Shown piece by piece: positions 1 through 12,639 of a stretch of DNA of 64,000 bases. The notes beneath the pieces are model-generated. The model was not told where the DNA came from, did no database searches, and saw nothing but the letters and a program-made list of their open reading frames with translations. Position numbers and translations under genes: made by a program. The DNA lies in the NCBI GenBank assembly GCA_021613535.1, contig CP075492.1:5146001-5210000 (forward strand), read 5' to 3'. Source of the DNA: Adineta vaga. Its lineage: Eukaryota; Animalia; Rotifera. Within the stretch, counting starts at the first letter, position 1; each line of letters begins with the position of its first letter.

Positions 1-47
1 TTTCTTCACGATTTATATATATATATATACAATCTATTTTTTCCGAC

Positions 48-275
48 ATGTTTCTCATATTAATCATCTGCACAATTATTTTCTTGTTTTTCTATTTTAA
101 AAATAACTATTTCACTCTTCATAGTCCAATACATGGTTTATCACCACAGTTTCTTTTCAGCAATTTTATTCAATCTGATATGATGACGCAAGGTAAATCT
201 CTATCAAAGACTTTCTTGAACTTCAAACAACATTATGGCGATATATATCGGTTTTGACTATGATTTGGGGACATT
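48..275 (+). pseudogene. Cytochrome P450 N-terminal fragment
   Basis: Signal-anchor followed by a Pro/Gly hinge (SPIHGLSP) and KQHYGDIYRF, then TGA where W is expected (F*L*FG). No downstream P450 motifs follow. Confidence 0.55.
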
Positions 276-1411
276 TGACAACGAAATCTCAGATCAAAAT
301 AAACTGCTGACTATTATCGGAAGTCTTTGTTAACATTCGTTGTTTTCTTTTTGAAATGTGCTACATTTCTCTCGTAAAATATTGGCTTTTTCTAATAAAT
401 TCTTATTTTAGTTTGTTTTACCGTTTTTTTCTCTTCATACTTATTCTCAATTTTAAAACGTATAATCAATGGAATTAAAGATAAATTGGAAAGAAATCTA
501 GTTAAAATTCATTTTAGAATCTTAGATTAACATATTAAGTCAAAATATTATATCTAATCATGACCGTAATTATTTTAATTATATTTATCTAAAGAAAATC
601 GTTACAAAGAATAACATGATCGATGCCAGTTACATTAAAGTATGTTCATTTTTATGGTAAGCATGTAAACAAGAAAAATCAGAAAATTTTGTCTGTTAAA
701 TTCCACATTTTTATTCTATATATTTATGTAGAAAAGAAATTATTTCAAGATTGTTCAATGAGCAAAATTACGAGATATAACTTGAATGTACATGTATGTT
801 AAAAATTCATTTCTCTTATTTATCAGATAATCCATTCAACACTTTCAAGATGGTACCAAGATGTCCTCATACGATTCATTAGTACAAATATTATACGGCA
901 TTTTCCGTCTGTTTACAGTTTATACAAGTACGGAAATAGCATTGATATCTTGATTTGCCTAGAATTACTCGTATGACGTGTCTTTCCCTTCAGATAAATG
1001 TCGACGGAAGAAAAAAAAAGAAGACGAGTTCTAGAGAGACAAATGGTAATTAATAATACATAAGGCTATAGATGGTACTATCCAAACTATTGCATGCCAA
1101 GGAAGCGATGCAGATATTAGAGGTCACTACAAAAAAATAAAGAGAAAAAGACCATATCTATCTTGGTGGTTTCTTTTTCTCCTTCGTTTCTGTTCTCTCC
1201 TTCTCTCTGTCCCTCTCTTTCCCCTCTATATGTACAAACGAGTAATCTTTTCTTTTTCTTTCTATCGCGGTTACGTCCTGCTTGCTCGTTGAGCATAGTG
1301 ATATAAATACGTTGCATTTGCACCAGTATTCATCATTCGACATATATACAACTCGCTCTTTTATCTTATCTCCTGCATACTCGCGTCGATACTATTATAC
1401 AACGAGAAAAT

Positions 1412-2264
1412 ATGGCTGCACGCAATAACCTACTTGATTTGGCAATTTTTATGAGTTTTGTCTGCTGTTGGGCAACAATAACGATTGTTGAATTACCAAC
1501 TGACAGCAAGAAAAACGATTCAACAACGATGGGTATTGGTATTAAACTATTAGAAAAACAGTAAAAATAAAAATTAGTAAAATAAATATTTAATTTTGTT
1601 CATGTTTAATTATAGTAATGGAAAACATTTGAATTATGCTCGTTTGTTAGATGGTCAATGTTTTAATTGTTCAACGTATAAATGTACGAATCACAAAGCA
1701 AATATGGGTGGTTCAGAATGGTGTATTATGTTGTTTCAAGATGCTCTCAATCATTGTGATTCGGATCCAAATTGTGGTGGTTATACAATGACAACAGCTC
1801 GATGGTTTCATGAACAATATGATAAAAAGGGTCAAGTCGCTGTTCATTTAACAAAAGCAGGAGAGAAACCATTCAATTGTTCATTCACCGAATGGAGTAG
1901 TTATGAAAAACAAAATTCGATTCGTGATACTCCTGTTGTTTATGGCAAAACGACTTGTCCAAAGACAAGTAATTTCGATTATGTATTCGATAGTAATTCA
2001 AATACAAATAATGTTGATCAAGTTTATTCATGTAAAAATCATCCGCAAAATCAAGATGATACAAATGTTCACTGTATTTTATCAATTAATGATGGTATAA
2101 CTTATTGTAACTCAGATGAAAAATGTCAAGGATTTACATTAAATACAGATAATGAATGGCAAGAGAAATATTCAAAAAATGGTGTTCAATCAGTACAATT
2201 ATTTGGACAAGGTGCAATTTCTACGCCCAATGAAATGTGGCGTAGTTATAAAAAACAATCTTAA
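1412..2264 (+). CDS. Secreted cysteine-rich protein with two PAN/apple-like repeats (2 exons)
   Basis: ATG 1412 with hydrophobic leader (MAARNNLLDLAIFMSFVCCWATITIV). GT-AG intron 1561-1615 joins in frame to ORF 1596-2264. Repeats HCDSDPNCGGY and YCNSDEKCQGF. Confidence 0.75.
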
Positions 2265-3039
2265 TTTAATATTTCATTTTGGTTTTGCTTTTTTTGTTGT
2301 CATCTGTTTTTCTATTTAGATACGCTCTGACATTTTCTGAATGAATTTGCAGCGCGTATCGCGCATGCTTCTTATTTGATTATATATTTAACTTCGACAA
2401 TTGTCGGTAACTATATCAATTCTTTTCTGGCAGATGTAGATTTATGGTGAAAAGAAAAACCAAGGTCAACAGATGGGATGCTGATAAATGAAAGGAAATC
2501 TATGAATACATACATATGTGATCATATGATGTAAGTACGGCGAATATAGATCAGTAAAATGATTTTGATCTTTATCATTTACTTAGATATTGTATGTGAT
2601 ACTAATTATCAGAAGTGAAAGAATATAAAAATGAATGTCGATATGTTATAATCTTCGACGAGAGATATTAGGTATGTATGTACTAATCAGTTAATGTAAA
2701 ATTCATAGAGAGAGATACTTTCTGTTCTCTTAATAATGGATTTGTTTATATGCAAAAGAAATAAATATAAATTTTGAACTATCATTGTTTTCATCATGTT
2801 TTTAAAAAAACCATTATTAATAATATGTTGGAGTCTTACTCTTACACATGCAATAGTATATTCTGTAACGATCTACTCTGTTAATCGATAAGAGTTTCAT
2901 GACTTTTATCAAGTGAAAATATTACAAAGGAAAAAGAAGTCAAAGAACCGATAGAAAAGTTCTATAAATATTTCAAATGAAAGTATGTTGATCTCACAAT
3001 ATAATACAAGCTTTGGATTCGGGCTTTTTAGATATTGGT

Positions 3040-3880
3040 TTATGTTTTGGATTAGGTGTCTCTTCATCATTCCAATCTTGTTCAAATTATCGATTGCTTT
3101 TATTTAAATGAGTTCTAACGTTAGTTTTGTAACTTGGAAGAGCGAATAAGGAGAAAATAGATATTCTTCTTCTTCTTGCGGAAGGAATGAAATTGTTGTG
3201 ATGTCTCTTACTTGTTGACATCCAGCATAAATGAGAATCTTAAATAATGCTGTACCGAATTTTTTGGCAGCATCCATAGATTTGAACGTTGATATAAATC
3301 CTGGAAATCGAAAAACTGTATTGACTTTAAAGAAACATTTTTGTTTGAAGTTGAGATCAATGCCACGATAGACAATGCAGTTTTGATTTGGAAATCTATT
3401 GTTTATTTGACTAGTAGCTCTATACGAATCAATGGCATTAGTTTAGCAACTATCTGTTCGTCGTCGTTCATTAGTTCTTAATTTACGTATACATAAAATG
3501 TTTGCAAACCAAATTTAATATTGGAACTATATGTACGAATCACATCGTGAACTTCTTGTTCTTGTATATGATTGCTGTATATAATTTATTAGCATTAGCA
3601 TACCTGTGCGGTAAACATTTCAGTGAATTAATGACCGTTTGTTTGTCTGGGTATCGTTCTGTTTTCTTGTAATATTTGAGAAATTTAGTTTCTATAAGAA
3701 ATCGTTTTGAGCAACCATTGGTATTTCAACGAAAAATCTGTTCTCTCTAAGGCCAGACATAGTTTTCTGGAGACAATCTAAATAAAAATATATATCGCGA
3801 GCAGAAAATTCTGATTTTATTTGTACAACAATGACAATCGTAGATATAAAACCCTTTTCGCTCGAATTGCTCACTCATTT
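3040..3880 (-). pseudogene. Degenerate ADP-ribosyltransferase (R-S-E type) gene
   Basis: Minus strand reads CIVYRGIDL...FRFPGFIST...QEEEEYLFSPYSLFQV, with in-frame stops and a frameshift upstream. Confidence 0.7.
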
Positions 3881-5329
3881 TATCATTTTATTCTGAGTAG
3901 TTACACTGTGTTACGGTTGCACAATGTATTTTGGAATCGATCCTCATTCTATATACGAAATCCACATGACATCAATAACAGTAGTTAGTGGGAAAATCGA
4001 ACTCTAGTAGGTCTCCAAGTCAACTAACTATATTTCATTCAGTTTTAAATTGGTATGACTGCTACGCTGAAGAAACATTCAAAAGATTAACTTATGTTTT
4101 GCCACGATGAGTTGACAGATTGTCTTGTTTTTTTCCTTTTTTTCCATTCATTTGATATTTCATCGAATTCTTATACGATGAAATTGTTGAATATTGACAT
4201 AATAGCGTTGCAAAAAACTTTTAAAAAAAGCACTGTTTTATAGCTTTTTCTTTGCGATGTAGTTTTGCTTGTGATAGATTGTATTATTGGTTTTATGTCA
4301 ACCGTAAAGTGTAATCCGACTATATTACAATATGTAGGATCCTTTTCTAGTTTATTCATGAAAGCGTAACATTTGCAGAGAATTTCTTATGAAAGTAAAA
4401 TTTTCTAGATAAAGCGAATCATTTGCTTTTGGACACGTTTCATTTTTGTCATTCTCACATTTCATTGTGATGATTCCATCATCTTAACATCATGATAAGC
4501 ACCTTGACAAAAGAAATATGATCTGTTGATAAAATCTAGCTGTTCTATATCTTTGCATGAATCAGAAATAAATAGATAACCTGTATTTATTTTTATTTTC
4601 TTACATTGTGTTGTCGCCGAATTAATTTTTTTCTGAGCAACAATGTAGTATTGAATAACGAGCGAAGTTTCATAAAGTACTATTTACACTATATTATTAT
4701 CAGTTAAAACTTTAGTGTATAATCTTCTTATCATAGGAAAATAGAATTTCCCAAAATCGGTTTATTAGCATCAGATTTTGAAATCCAGAACATGAGAAAA
4801 ATACATGAGTGAATCGGATGGTGAAACTGCATCGATTACAGGGATTCAGAAAGTATTATAGTTTTGCTGTTGCACAATGAAAACTTGTTGACGTAACACG
4901 AATACATGCACATATGAAGATATATGTTGTCTTAGCAAGCAATTCTCTATAAAACGAGCTTGATTACATGTTTTCTTCTAAGTTTTAATGTTTATATTCC
5001 CTAGACTGAAAGGATATAGGGTCTAGAAACGAAAATTCATTCAAAACATGTCAATAACATGGTCGAAAGTGATTATTTTTTGCAGAAACGACCATTTTTA
5101 TGGCATAAGGTGGCTATCTCTTTGGTGAAACTCACATATTTTTCCAAATAAAACTAAATGAATGTAAGTTTTACGTCTAGTTTCTATATATTTCCTTCTC
5201 AGATCCTTACAGCAAGTTTTCACTGTAGACGGAGTCCCAATAATAACTTAAAATCATCGCAAATGAGCTATATAATTTCCACATTTTAGTCTCAGAAGGG
5301 TTGTGCTGAATAGCTTTTTTAATAAAAAG

Positions 5330-6240
5330 GAGTGAAATATCCTGCCTAAAAAATCAGTAGAATATGTGTTTTTGAGGTAATGAAATCTTGAAAATCTTCA
5401 AAGCTCGTTCAAAATGTATTAATGCCTCGGAATAATCTTTCATATTCTGATAGACAAAACCAATGTTATTGTAAGATCTTTAGAAGAAAGACATTTTTCT
5501 TTTATATCTAGTGTTTTTTCTTAATATTTCGTAGACTTCACACAATTACCTGGATGATTTTTGACACATCCAAGCTGACTATAATAAACTGCTCTGCCTA
5601 GCTCGTCAGATGATGCTTCAAGTAGTACATGGTACAATTCTTCAGCGCGCTTAAAATGGTCTATTTTAAGCGATAAATTACCTAACCGTTCCCATCTTGT
5701 ATCACTTGCAGCCTGTTCATGAATTCGTTCCGTAAGTGTTCGAAGTTCTACTTAATAAAGTGAAGCATTGTTTTCCAACTGTTTTATCGTATCTATCCGA
5801 AAAACTGAGTGCATTGAAAACATGAACAGGATGACTATCACATCTGATTTGACCAAGACATACTCAGTGAAACCGAGAGAAATGTCACGTTTTGTGTTGG
5901 TGGAAAGGAAATTATTGAAAGACATTCCACCATCTTTGATTTTTGTTAGTTTTTCGAAATCTATTTTCGAAAGAATTTGTCGATGAAGATGACGCATGAA
6001 AATACTCATCTTAATGATTGTATCTGATTCCAAATTACGAAGGGCTCGATTGAGCATTTGATAAGTAAAATACTCACGTGTATACGACCATATTGGTTGT
6101 TTTTACAATTTTTCAACTCATAATTACTACGAACAGTGAAACACATTTGTCTCTCTAATACACGTCCTTTGTTTTTCACTCATTTTTTGACCCATTCTTC
6201 ATGTTTGGAACAAGATGTTGACTGATATATCCAAACGTGA
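5330..6240 (-). pseudogene. Degenerate ART + TPR protein gene
   Basis: MLNRALRNLESDTIIKM...SFNNFLST followed by TPR-like helices. Internal deletions and stops. Confidence 0.65.
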
Positions 6241-6585
6241 TGATGAGAGTGTGTGTAAGTATAGTGTAAATCTTACATTCATATTGATACTGTAAAGAAA
6301 GAAATAGGATGCAGGTAATATGATACTATAATCATTCATGAATCATGATTCCGTCGAAGTAGCTTTATGTTAATAGTAAAATTCGTCGACTAGAATATTA
6401 TCAAAAGAATTTATCGTAGAAGAATGAATGATGTTTCATAAAGAATGGATGATAACATTGTCAAATAAAGATTAGATACGTGATCTTTAGTCATCGAAAC
6501 AAACAGAATTCCGCGAAATCGAATAGCAACGTATATATTGTTTCTTATAAAGTATTCCTATAACCAAAACTGAAGAAATAAAGAC

Positions 6586-7341
6586 ATGGGTAAATTGGAT
6601 GGTAAAATTGCATTGATTACAGGTGGTTCAGAGGGTATTGGTTTTGCTATTGCACAACAATTTATCACTGAAAATGCAGAACATGTTTTCATTACTGGAC
6701 GTCGACAAGACATGCTCGATGAAGCTATAGCAAAGATGGGTAGTAGAAATGTAACAGCAGTGCAAGGTGATGTGTCAAATATGTTCGATTTGGATACTCT
6801 CTACGATATTATTCGTCGAGAAAAAGGTCGATTGAATATTGTTGTTGCTAATGCTGGTATTAGTCCAATTGCACCACTTGGTTCGATCAATGAAAGTGAA
6901 TTTGATGAGACGTTTAATATCAATGTAAAAGGAGTATTATTTACTGTTCAAAAAGCTTTACCAATGTTAGTCGATGGTGCAGCGATTATTCTGATTGGAT
7001 CTGTTTCTTCCATTAAAGGTCATCCAAGTGCAAGTGTTTATAGTGCATCAAAAGCCGCTGTACGTTCTTTTGCTCGATGTTGGACAGCTGATTTGAAACA
7101 TCGCAATATTCGAGTCAATACTCTAAGTCCAGGATCCATTGAAACAGCAATGTTCAAACGTGTTGCTAGTAGTGAAGGAATGAAACCGACTTTCGTGTCG
7201 GATATGATCTCTAGTATACCAATGGGTCGTTTCTGTACTACTGATGAAACAGCTAAATCAGCTGTTTTTCTTGCTTCAGATGATAGTAGTTATATTACTG
7301 GTATTGAACTGTTTGTTGATGGTGGAAGAGGACAAGTTTAA
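6586..7341 (+). CDS. Classical short-chain dehydrogenase/reductase, intronless, bacterial-like
   Basis: TGGSEGIG cofactor motif, NAG, YSASK catalytic motif, IRVNTLSPG, C-terminal YITGIELFVDGG. Confidence 0.93.
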   Translation: MGKLDGKIALITGGSEGIGFAIAQQFITENAEHVFITGRRQDMLDEAIAKMGSRNVTAVQGDVSNMFDLDTLYDIIRREKGRLNIVVANAGISPIAPLGSINESEFDETFNINVKGVLFTVQKALPMLVDGAAIILIGSVSSIKGHPSASVYSASKAAVRSFARCWTADLKHRNIRVNTLSPGSIETAMFKRVASSEGMKPTFVSDMISSIPMGRFCTTDETAKSAVFLASDDSSYITGIELFVDGGRGQV

Positions 7342-7562
7342 AAACTTCTTTTTCCCTTTATAATTCTTTTTTTCTTTCAAATAAAATTCTTTCATGATAC
7401 GTATATAATCGAAATTTGACTTTCTTCGAAAGATTTTATCTTATCTTTCAATTCTACTCTCACAGAAATGCACTTAATGATAAAAATGACGATATTTCTT
7501 GAAGAGTATATAAAATGAAACATGATACATGTTATTTTCATTCTGTATTTTGTCTCTAAAAA

Positions 7563-10500
7563 ATGAATAATCATAATTCATCACGGAAAGATCTCTCAAT
7601 GTCAATATCCACGAATCAACGAAAACCTTGTCGATTAGATTGGGCTGAATCGTCGTGTCTACGATGGATATATGTTGTATTTTGGTGGTGGTTAAATCCG
7701 ATTTTAAAAATTAGTTCTCAACGTCAATTAACCGATGATGATTTATTTGATTTATCATCAAATGATGATTGTTCTTGTTTATTAAATAAACTTGAAATTG
7801 TATGGAACAAATACGAAAATAGATATCAACAGATTAATACATGGAAAATCATTGCAAAAACCTTTTGGAAAGACACTTTACAAACAGGTCTTATTCTATT
7901 TCCATATTTTCTTGCAAAAGTTGCTCAACCTTTACTTTTAAAAGGTATTATTAACAACATTAACGATTCAAATGTACCTTCCTATGTCAGTTATCTATAT
8001 GCCATTGGTTTAGGACTCGTAAAAACTTTTCTTGTTTTATTACATCATCAATTTTTCTTTCGTACAACTCGTATTGGTATGCAAATACGTATTTCACTTG
8101 CAGCATTGATCTATAAAAGATTATTATCATTATCTACGAATGCTATTCAAACAATGACTACAGGTCAATTAGTTAATTTAATTTCTAATGATGTTAGTAA
8201 ATTTGAAATTCTTTATGTTTATATTCATTTTTTCTGGGCAGGACCATTACTAGCATTAGTTGTTTTTGGTTTCATTTGGAATGAAATTGGTATTCCAACT
8301 TTATTTGGTTATACTATTCTATTACTTCAAATACCATTGCAATCATATTTTAGTAAAAAATTTCGATTGTATAGAAAAAATACGATACAATGGACAGATG
8401 AACGTGTAAAATTAACCAATGAAATGTTAACTGCTAGTCAAATGGTTAAAATGTATCGATGGGAAGAAGCATTAGAAAATACGATTATTAATATTCGAAA
8501 AAAAGAATTTCAAAGTATAAGAAAAGCAAATCGTATTCGTGCAATTAATATGGCCATTCATTTTTTCTCATCATCACTCGTTTCATTAACGACATTCGCT
8601 GGAAGTTGGCTCATGGGCCAAACATTATCAAATGCAAACATATTTACTGTTCTCTCTTTTTTTGGTATTATGAGAGATCCATTAACAATCGGTTTTCCTT
8701 ATGCTATTGAAACGCTCAGTGAATGTGCTGTAGCATCGGAACGAATTAATCAATTTATAAATCTATCGAAACAAGTTTCTGTGCATGAACAGTCGAAAGA
8801 TGGTCATCGAGGTATTCGAATAAATAAAGCTTCATTTACATGGAATTCTTGTCAAATATCACAATTGATTGATATTAATTTGAATGTAAATCCTGGTTCA
8901 TTCGTGGGAATTATTGGACCTATTGGATCGGGTAAATCATCACTATTAGCAGCGATTCTTGGTGAAATGTCCCTTGTTAAAGGTCAGAGAAATGTCAATG
9001 GTAAAATTGCGTATGTATCTCAAACACCATGGATATTTGCAGGAACAATTCGTGAGAATATTTTATTTCATCAGCAATATAACAAAGATAAATATGAACG
9101 TGTATTGAAAGCATGTTGTTTATTATCTGATTTACAAACATTTCCAGCTAGTGATGCAACTATTCTTGGTGAAAAAGGAATTAATCTGAGTGGAGGACAA
9201 AAAACTCGTCTTTCACTTGCAAGAGCTTTATATATTGATGCAGATATTTATCTATTTGATGATCCTTTAGCAGCAGTTGATTCCATAGTAGCACGAGCTA
9301 TTTTTGAACAATGCTTTAGTCATAATAGTATTCTAATTGGAAAAACACGTGTTTTAGTTACACATCAAATACAATTCTTATCAGAATTTGATCATTGTAT
9401 TTTATTAGATCATGGTCAAATAGAAAAACAAGGTTCATTCAATGAATTCTTTAACATAGATACAATAAAACAAACTCATCAAAAACAAAATGATCTCAAT
9501 ACAAATCATGAAAATCATATCGCAATAGATCGATCTTCAATTGTAGACAAGAACAGTATCGTTAAAGAAGAAATATCTTTGAACGGAACAGTGAATGGAT
9601 ATGTTTGGTTGAAATTATTGACTTCGAGCTATGGTTGGATGGGATTAATCTTTCTAATAATCTTCATGTTATTAGGTCAAAGTCTTTATGATGCAACAAA
9701 TAAATGGTTAAGTGTTTGGTCATCGACATCGGGAGATGAACAACGTAAGATTCATTATCTCTATATATACTTAGGACTAGCTATTAGTACATGTATCATT
9801 GCTCTATTTCGTGCTGATGCTTTTTTTCATATTGTATTACGTGGTGCATCGGTATTTCATGAAAATATGTTAAAAGGTGTTCTATACAGTTCAATGAGAT
9901 TCTATGAAAGTAATCCAGTTGGTCGTATTTTGAATCGAATTAGTAAAGATCAACAAGTTCTCGATGAATTATTACCAGTCGCATTTTTCGACGCAATACA
10001 ATCGTTATTTATGGTTTTAGGAAGTATTGTCATTATTGCAACGGCAAATCCTTGGATACTATTAATACTATTAATAATTATTCCGACATTTGTTTGGTTA
10101 CGACGAATTTACTTACGAATAAGTCGAGAAGTAAAACGATTGGATAGTATTACTCGTAGTCCGATCTATGCATTATTTTCATCATCGTTGAATGGTCTAA
10201 TGACAATTCGAGCATTTCAAGTCGAAGAACATTTCCTACATTCATTTATGGATCAAATAAATGCAAATACACGTGCATTATTCATATTTATTTGTTCAAG
10301 TCGATGGTTTGCTTTACGATTAGATTTATTAACTTGTTTTTTAACATTTTTTATAGCAATTCTATCAGTTATCTTACGAAAGAGTATAGATCCTTCATCT
10401 CTAGCATTAGGCCTAGTTTATGTGATTAATCTATCGGAATTATTTCAATGGGGTGTACGTCAATCAGCTGAAACAGAAAATTTTATGATAAGTGCAGAAA

Positions 10501-11354
10501 GAATCAATGAATATTCATATCTGCCACCTGAGTCAGGTTTTTATGAAGAAGAAACCGAACCACCATTGAATTGGCCAACGAAAGGAAACATTGAATTGAA
10601 AGATTTTCAATTAAGATATCGTCCTGAACTTGAACCAGTCTTGAAAGATATCAATCTAAAAATTGAATCTCGACATAGAATTGGTATTATTGGTCGTACA
10701 GGTGCAGGAAAATCATCTATTTTCCAAGCACTTTTTCGATTTACTGATAAATCAACAATTCATGGTCAATTATTCATCGACGATATCGATATTAATCGAA
10801 TTAGTCTGAATACGTTACGCTCAAAACTAAATATCATTCCACAATCGCCTGTCTTATTTAGTAATACACTTCGATACAATTTAGATCCATTTCATCGCTA
10901 TACAGATCAACAATTATGGGATGCATTAGAAGCAGTTCAATTGAAGACAAAGATTGAAAATTTAAAAGATCAATTAAATACACAAGTAGCTGAATATGGA
11001 AATAATTTTAGTATGGGTGAATGTCAATTGCTGTGTATTGCAAGAGCACTTTTAAAACCAAGTAAAATCTTATTAATCGATGAAGCAACAGCACATGTTG
11101 ATACAAAAACAGATCAATTAATTCAACAAATTTTACGGGTAAAATTTCAAAATCATACGATTTTAACAATTGCACATCGTCTGAATACAATTATTGATAA
11201 TGATCGAATCGTGATCATGAATAATGGAATTATTACACATTATGGAACACCACATGAATTATTAACTAAAAATAATGAATTGTTAATGAAGATGAACGAC
11301 GATGATGAGGATAAAGAAGAAGAAGAAGAAGAAGAATCAGATACCTATTTGTAA
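7563..11354 (+). CDS. ABCC4: ABCC (MRP4-like) full ABC transporter lacking TMD0, intronless
   Basis: TMD-NBD-TMD-NBD. Walker A GPIGSGKS and GRTGAGKS, signatures LSGGQ and FSMGE, Walker B LFDD and LIDEAT, TIAHRL. Confidence 0.9.
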   Translation: MNNHNSSRKDLSMSISTNQRKPCRLDWAESSCLRWIYVVFWWWLNPILKISSQRQLTDDDLFDLSSNDDCSCLLNKLEIVWNKYENRYQQINTWKIIAKTFWKDTLQTGLILFPYFLAKVAQPLLLKGIINNINDSNVPSYVSYLYAIGLGLVKTFLVLLHHQFFFRTTRIGMQIRISLAALIYKRLLSLSTNAIQTMTTGQLVNLISNDVSKFEILYVYIHFFWAGPLLALVVFGFIWNEIGIPTLFGYTILLLQIPLQSYFSKKFRLYRKNTIQWTDERVKLTNEMLTASQMVKMYRWEEALENTIINIRKKEFQSIRKANRIRAINMAIHFFSSSLVSLTTFAGSWLMGQTLSNANIFTVLSFFGIMRDPLTIGFPYAIETLSECAVASERINQFINLSKQVSVHEQSKDGHRGIRINKASFTWNSCQISQLIDINLNVNPGSFVGIIGPIGSGKSSLLAAILGEMSLVKGQRNVNGKIAYVSQTPWIFAGTIRENILFHQQYNKDKYERVLKACCLLSDLQTFPASDATILGEKGINLSGGQKTRLSLARALYIDADIYLFDDPLAAVDSIVARAIFEQCFSHNSILIGKTRVLVTHQIQFLSEFDHCILLDHGQIEKQGSFNEFFNIDTIKQTHQKQNDLNTNHENHIAIDRSSIVDKNSIVKEEISLNGTVNGYVWLKLLTSSYGWMGLIFLIIFMLLGQSLYDATNKWLSVWSSTSGDEQRKIHYLYIYLGLAISTCIIALFRADAFFHIVLRGASVFHENMLKGVLYSSMRFYESNPVGRILNRISKDQQVLDELLPVAFFDAIQSLFMVLGSIVIIATANPWILLILLIIIPTFVWLRRIYLRISREVKRLDSITRSPIYALFSSSLNGLMTIRAFQVEEHFLHSFMDQINANTRALFIFICSSRWFALRLDLLTCFLTFFIAILSVILRKSIDPSSLALGLVYVINLSELFQWGVRQSAETENFMISAERINEYSYLPPESGFYEEETEPPLNWPTKGNIELKDFQLRYRPELEPVLKDINLKIESRHRIGIIGRTGAGKSSIFQALFRFTDKSTIHGQLFIDDIDINRISLNTLRSKLNIIPQSPVLFSNTLRYNLDPFHRYTDQQLWDALEAVQLKTKIENLKDQLNTQVAEYGNNFSMGECQLLCIARALLKPSKILLIDEATAHVDTKTDQLIQQILRVKFQNHTILTIAHRLNTIIDNDRIVIMNNGIITHYGTPHELLTKNNELLMKMNDDDEDKEEEEEEESDTYL

Positions 11355-11472
11355 TTTTTCTCTCTTTCTGATTTCTTTCATTTGAATATAATGTGAGTGA
11401 GTCTTACAAAGATATTCGTTTTGTTTGTAGAATAATTTTATTAAAAAGAAAAATGATGTATGATACAAAAAA

Positions 11473-12292
11473 TTAGCATCTACCAAGAAGAACATTATTT
11501 GGAAATTGACCTTGAAAATTACCTGCAGGTGAGTACTGAGCGACAACATATACTCCTTTACGATCACTAGTGAAAGCAAATCCAACACCAAGTCGTTGAG
11601 TCGCTTTCCAAACTACTTGTGTAAAATGACCGGTGCCCATCGAAAAACCGGGACGATTGAAATTGTACTTCTTTACTTCATCATACCAATTTGTAGTGGC
11701 AGTACTACCTGTTATCATATATAGTATAAAACGAATTAATGCTAAGACAAAATCAATAAACTTACCATCAATATTATTTAACTTAGCAGAACTTGACATC
11801 ATCCAAAGATTCTCTCCCACATTTGGTGTCCTACTATGTACCATTTGATTCATTCTGGCTAGTTTATTGGCATAATCTTGAGCTGAACGACTTAGTGCAT
11901 TATCAAGTTGAAGACTAGGTGCACAATGACGTGCACGATAAGTATTATGTGATTTTAACATTTGTTGTTGGTATTTAGTTTGATCAGTTGTAAAACTTCT
12001 TCTATTACGTTTCAATAGTTGCGAAACAAAGTTTGAATCGGAATGAAAGTTAATATTAATGAGTGGATCAATAAATTCTTTAACATCTATAGTAAAAAAC
12101 ATCTTTCTAAATATGAACTGAAGTGAAAATTGGCATAGTTTATTCACCTGACAGCAAATAGGTTTCAATGTCTTGTAGATGTCCCAGATTCAGTTCTGTA
12201 TCATTTCCATTAAGCAATGGTATACTGTATGTTGTTGCTATAAAGATGGCAAAGATGCATACCGAAGAGATTTGGATTTGTTTGTACATCAT
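11473..12292 (-). CDS. Secreted CAP/SCP (GAPR-1/PR-1-like) protein, 3 exons
   Basis: HNTYRARH, GENL, WYDE, GHFTQVVW, YSPAGN motifs. Signal-peptide exon from ATG ~12292. Introns ~12107-12147 and 11709-11765. Confidence 0.88.
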
Positions 12293-12639
12293 ATGATATC
12301 AATGATTCGTAGTATCAATCTATATTTATATGTTCTGGTTTTGATCGTAGGAGTTATGATCCAATGACAAACGATTAATCTGTAAGATGGGGAAATTCTC
12401 ATCATGCACGATGCTCATCCTTCTATTTTTCCCATTCTTTGTTTTGTTAATATACGTCATGGTGTCAACTATTCATCATAAGTATTAATAACAAATACAG
12501 AACGTACAGGTGTGTGAGTATAAGCATCATATATGACATCACATATATTATTTATTAGTAAACATATGAGTCTATCAGTTTAAAACTTATATTGATTGTT
12601 TTATTGAAAAGAATAATGATATGCAATACAAGAAACTAG

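Noticed and set aside
1117-1343. Short ORFs over a CT-rich tract
   Set aside because: Low-complexity upstream sequence with no protein motifs.
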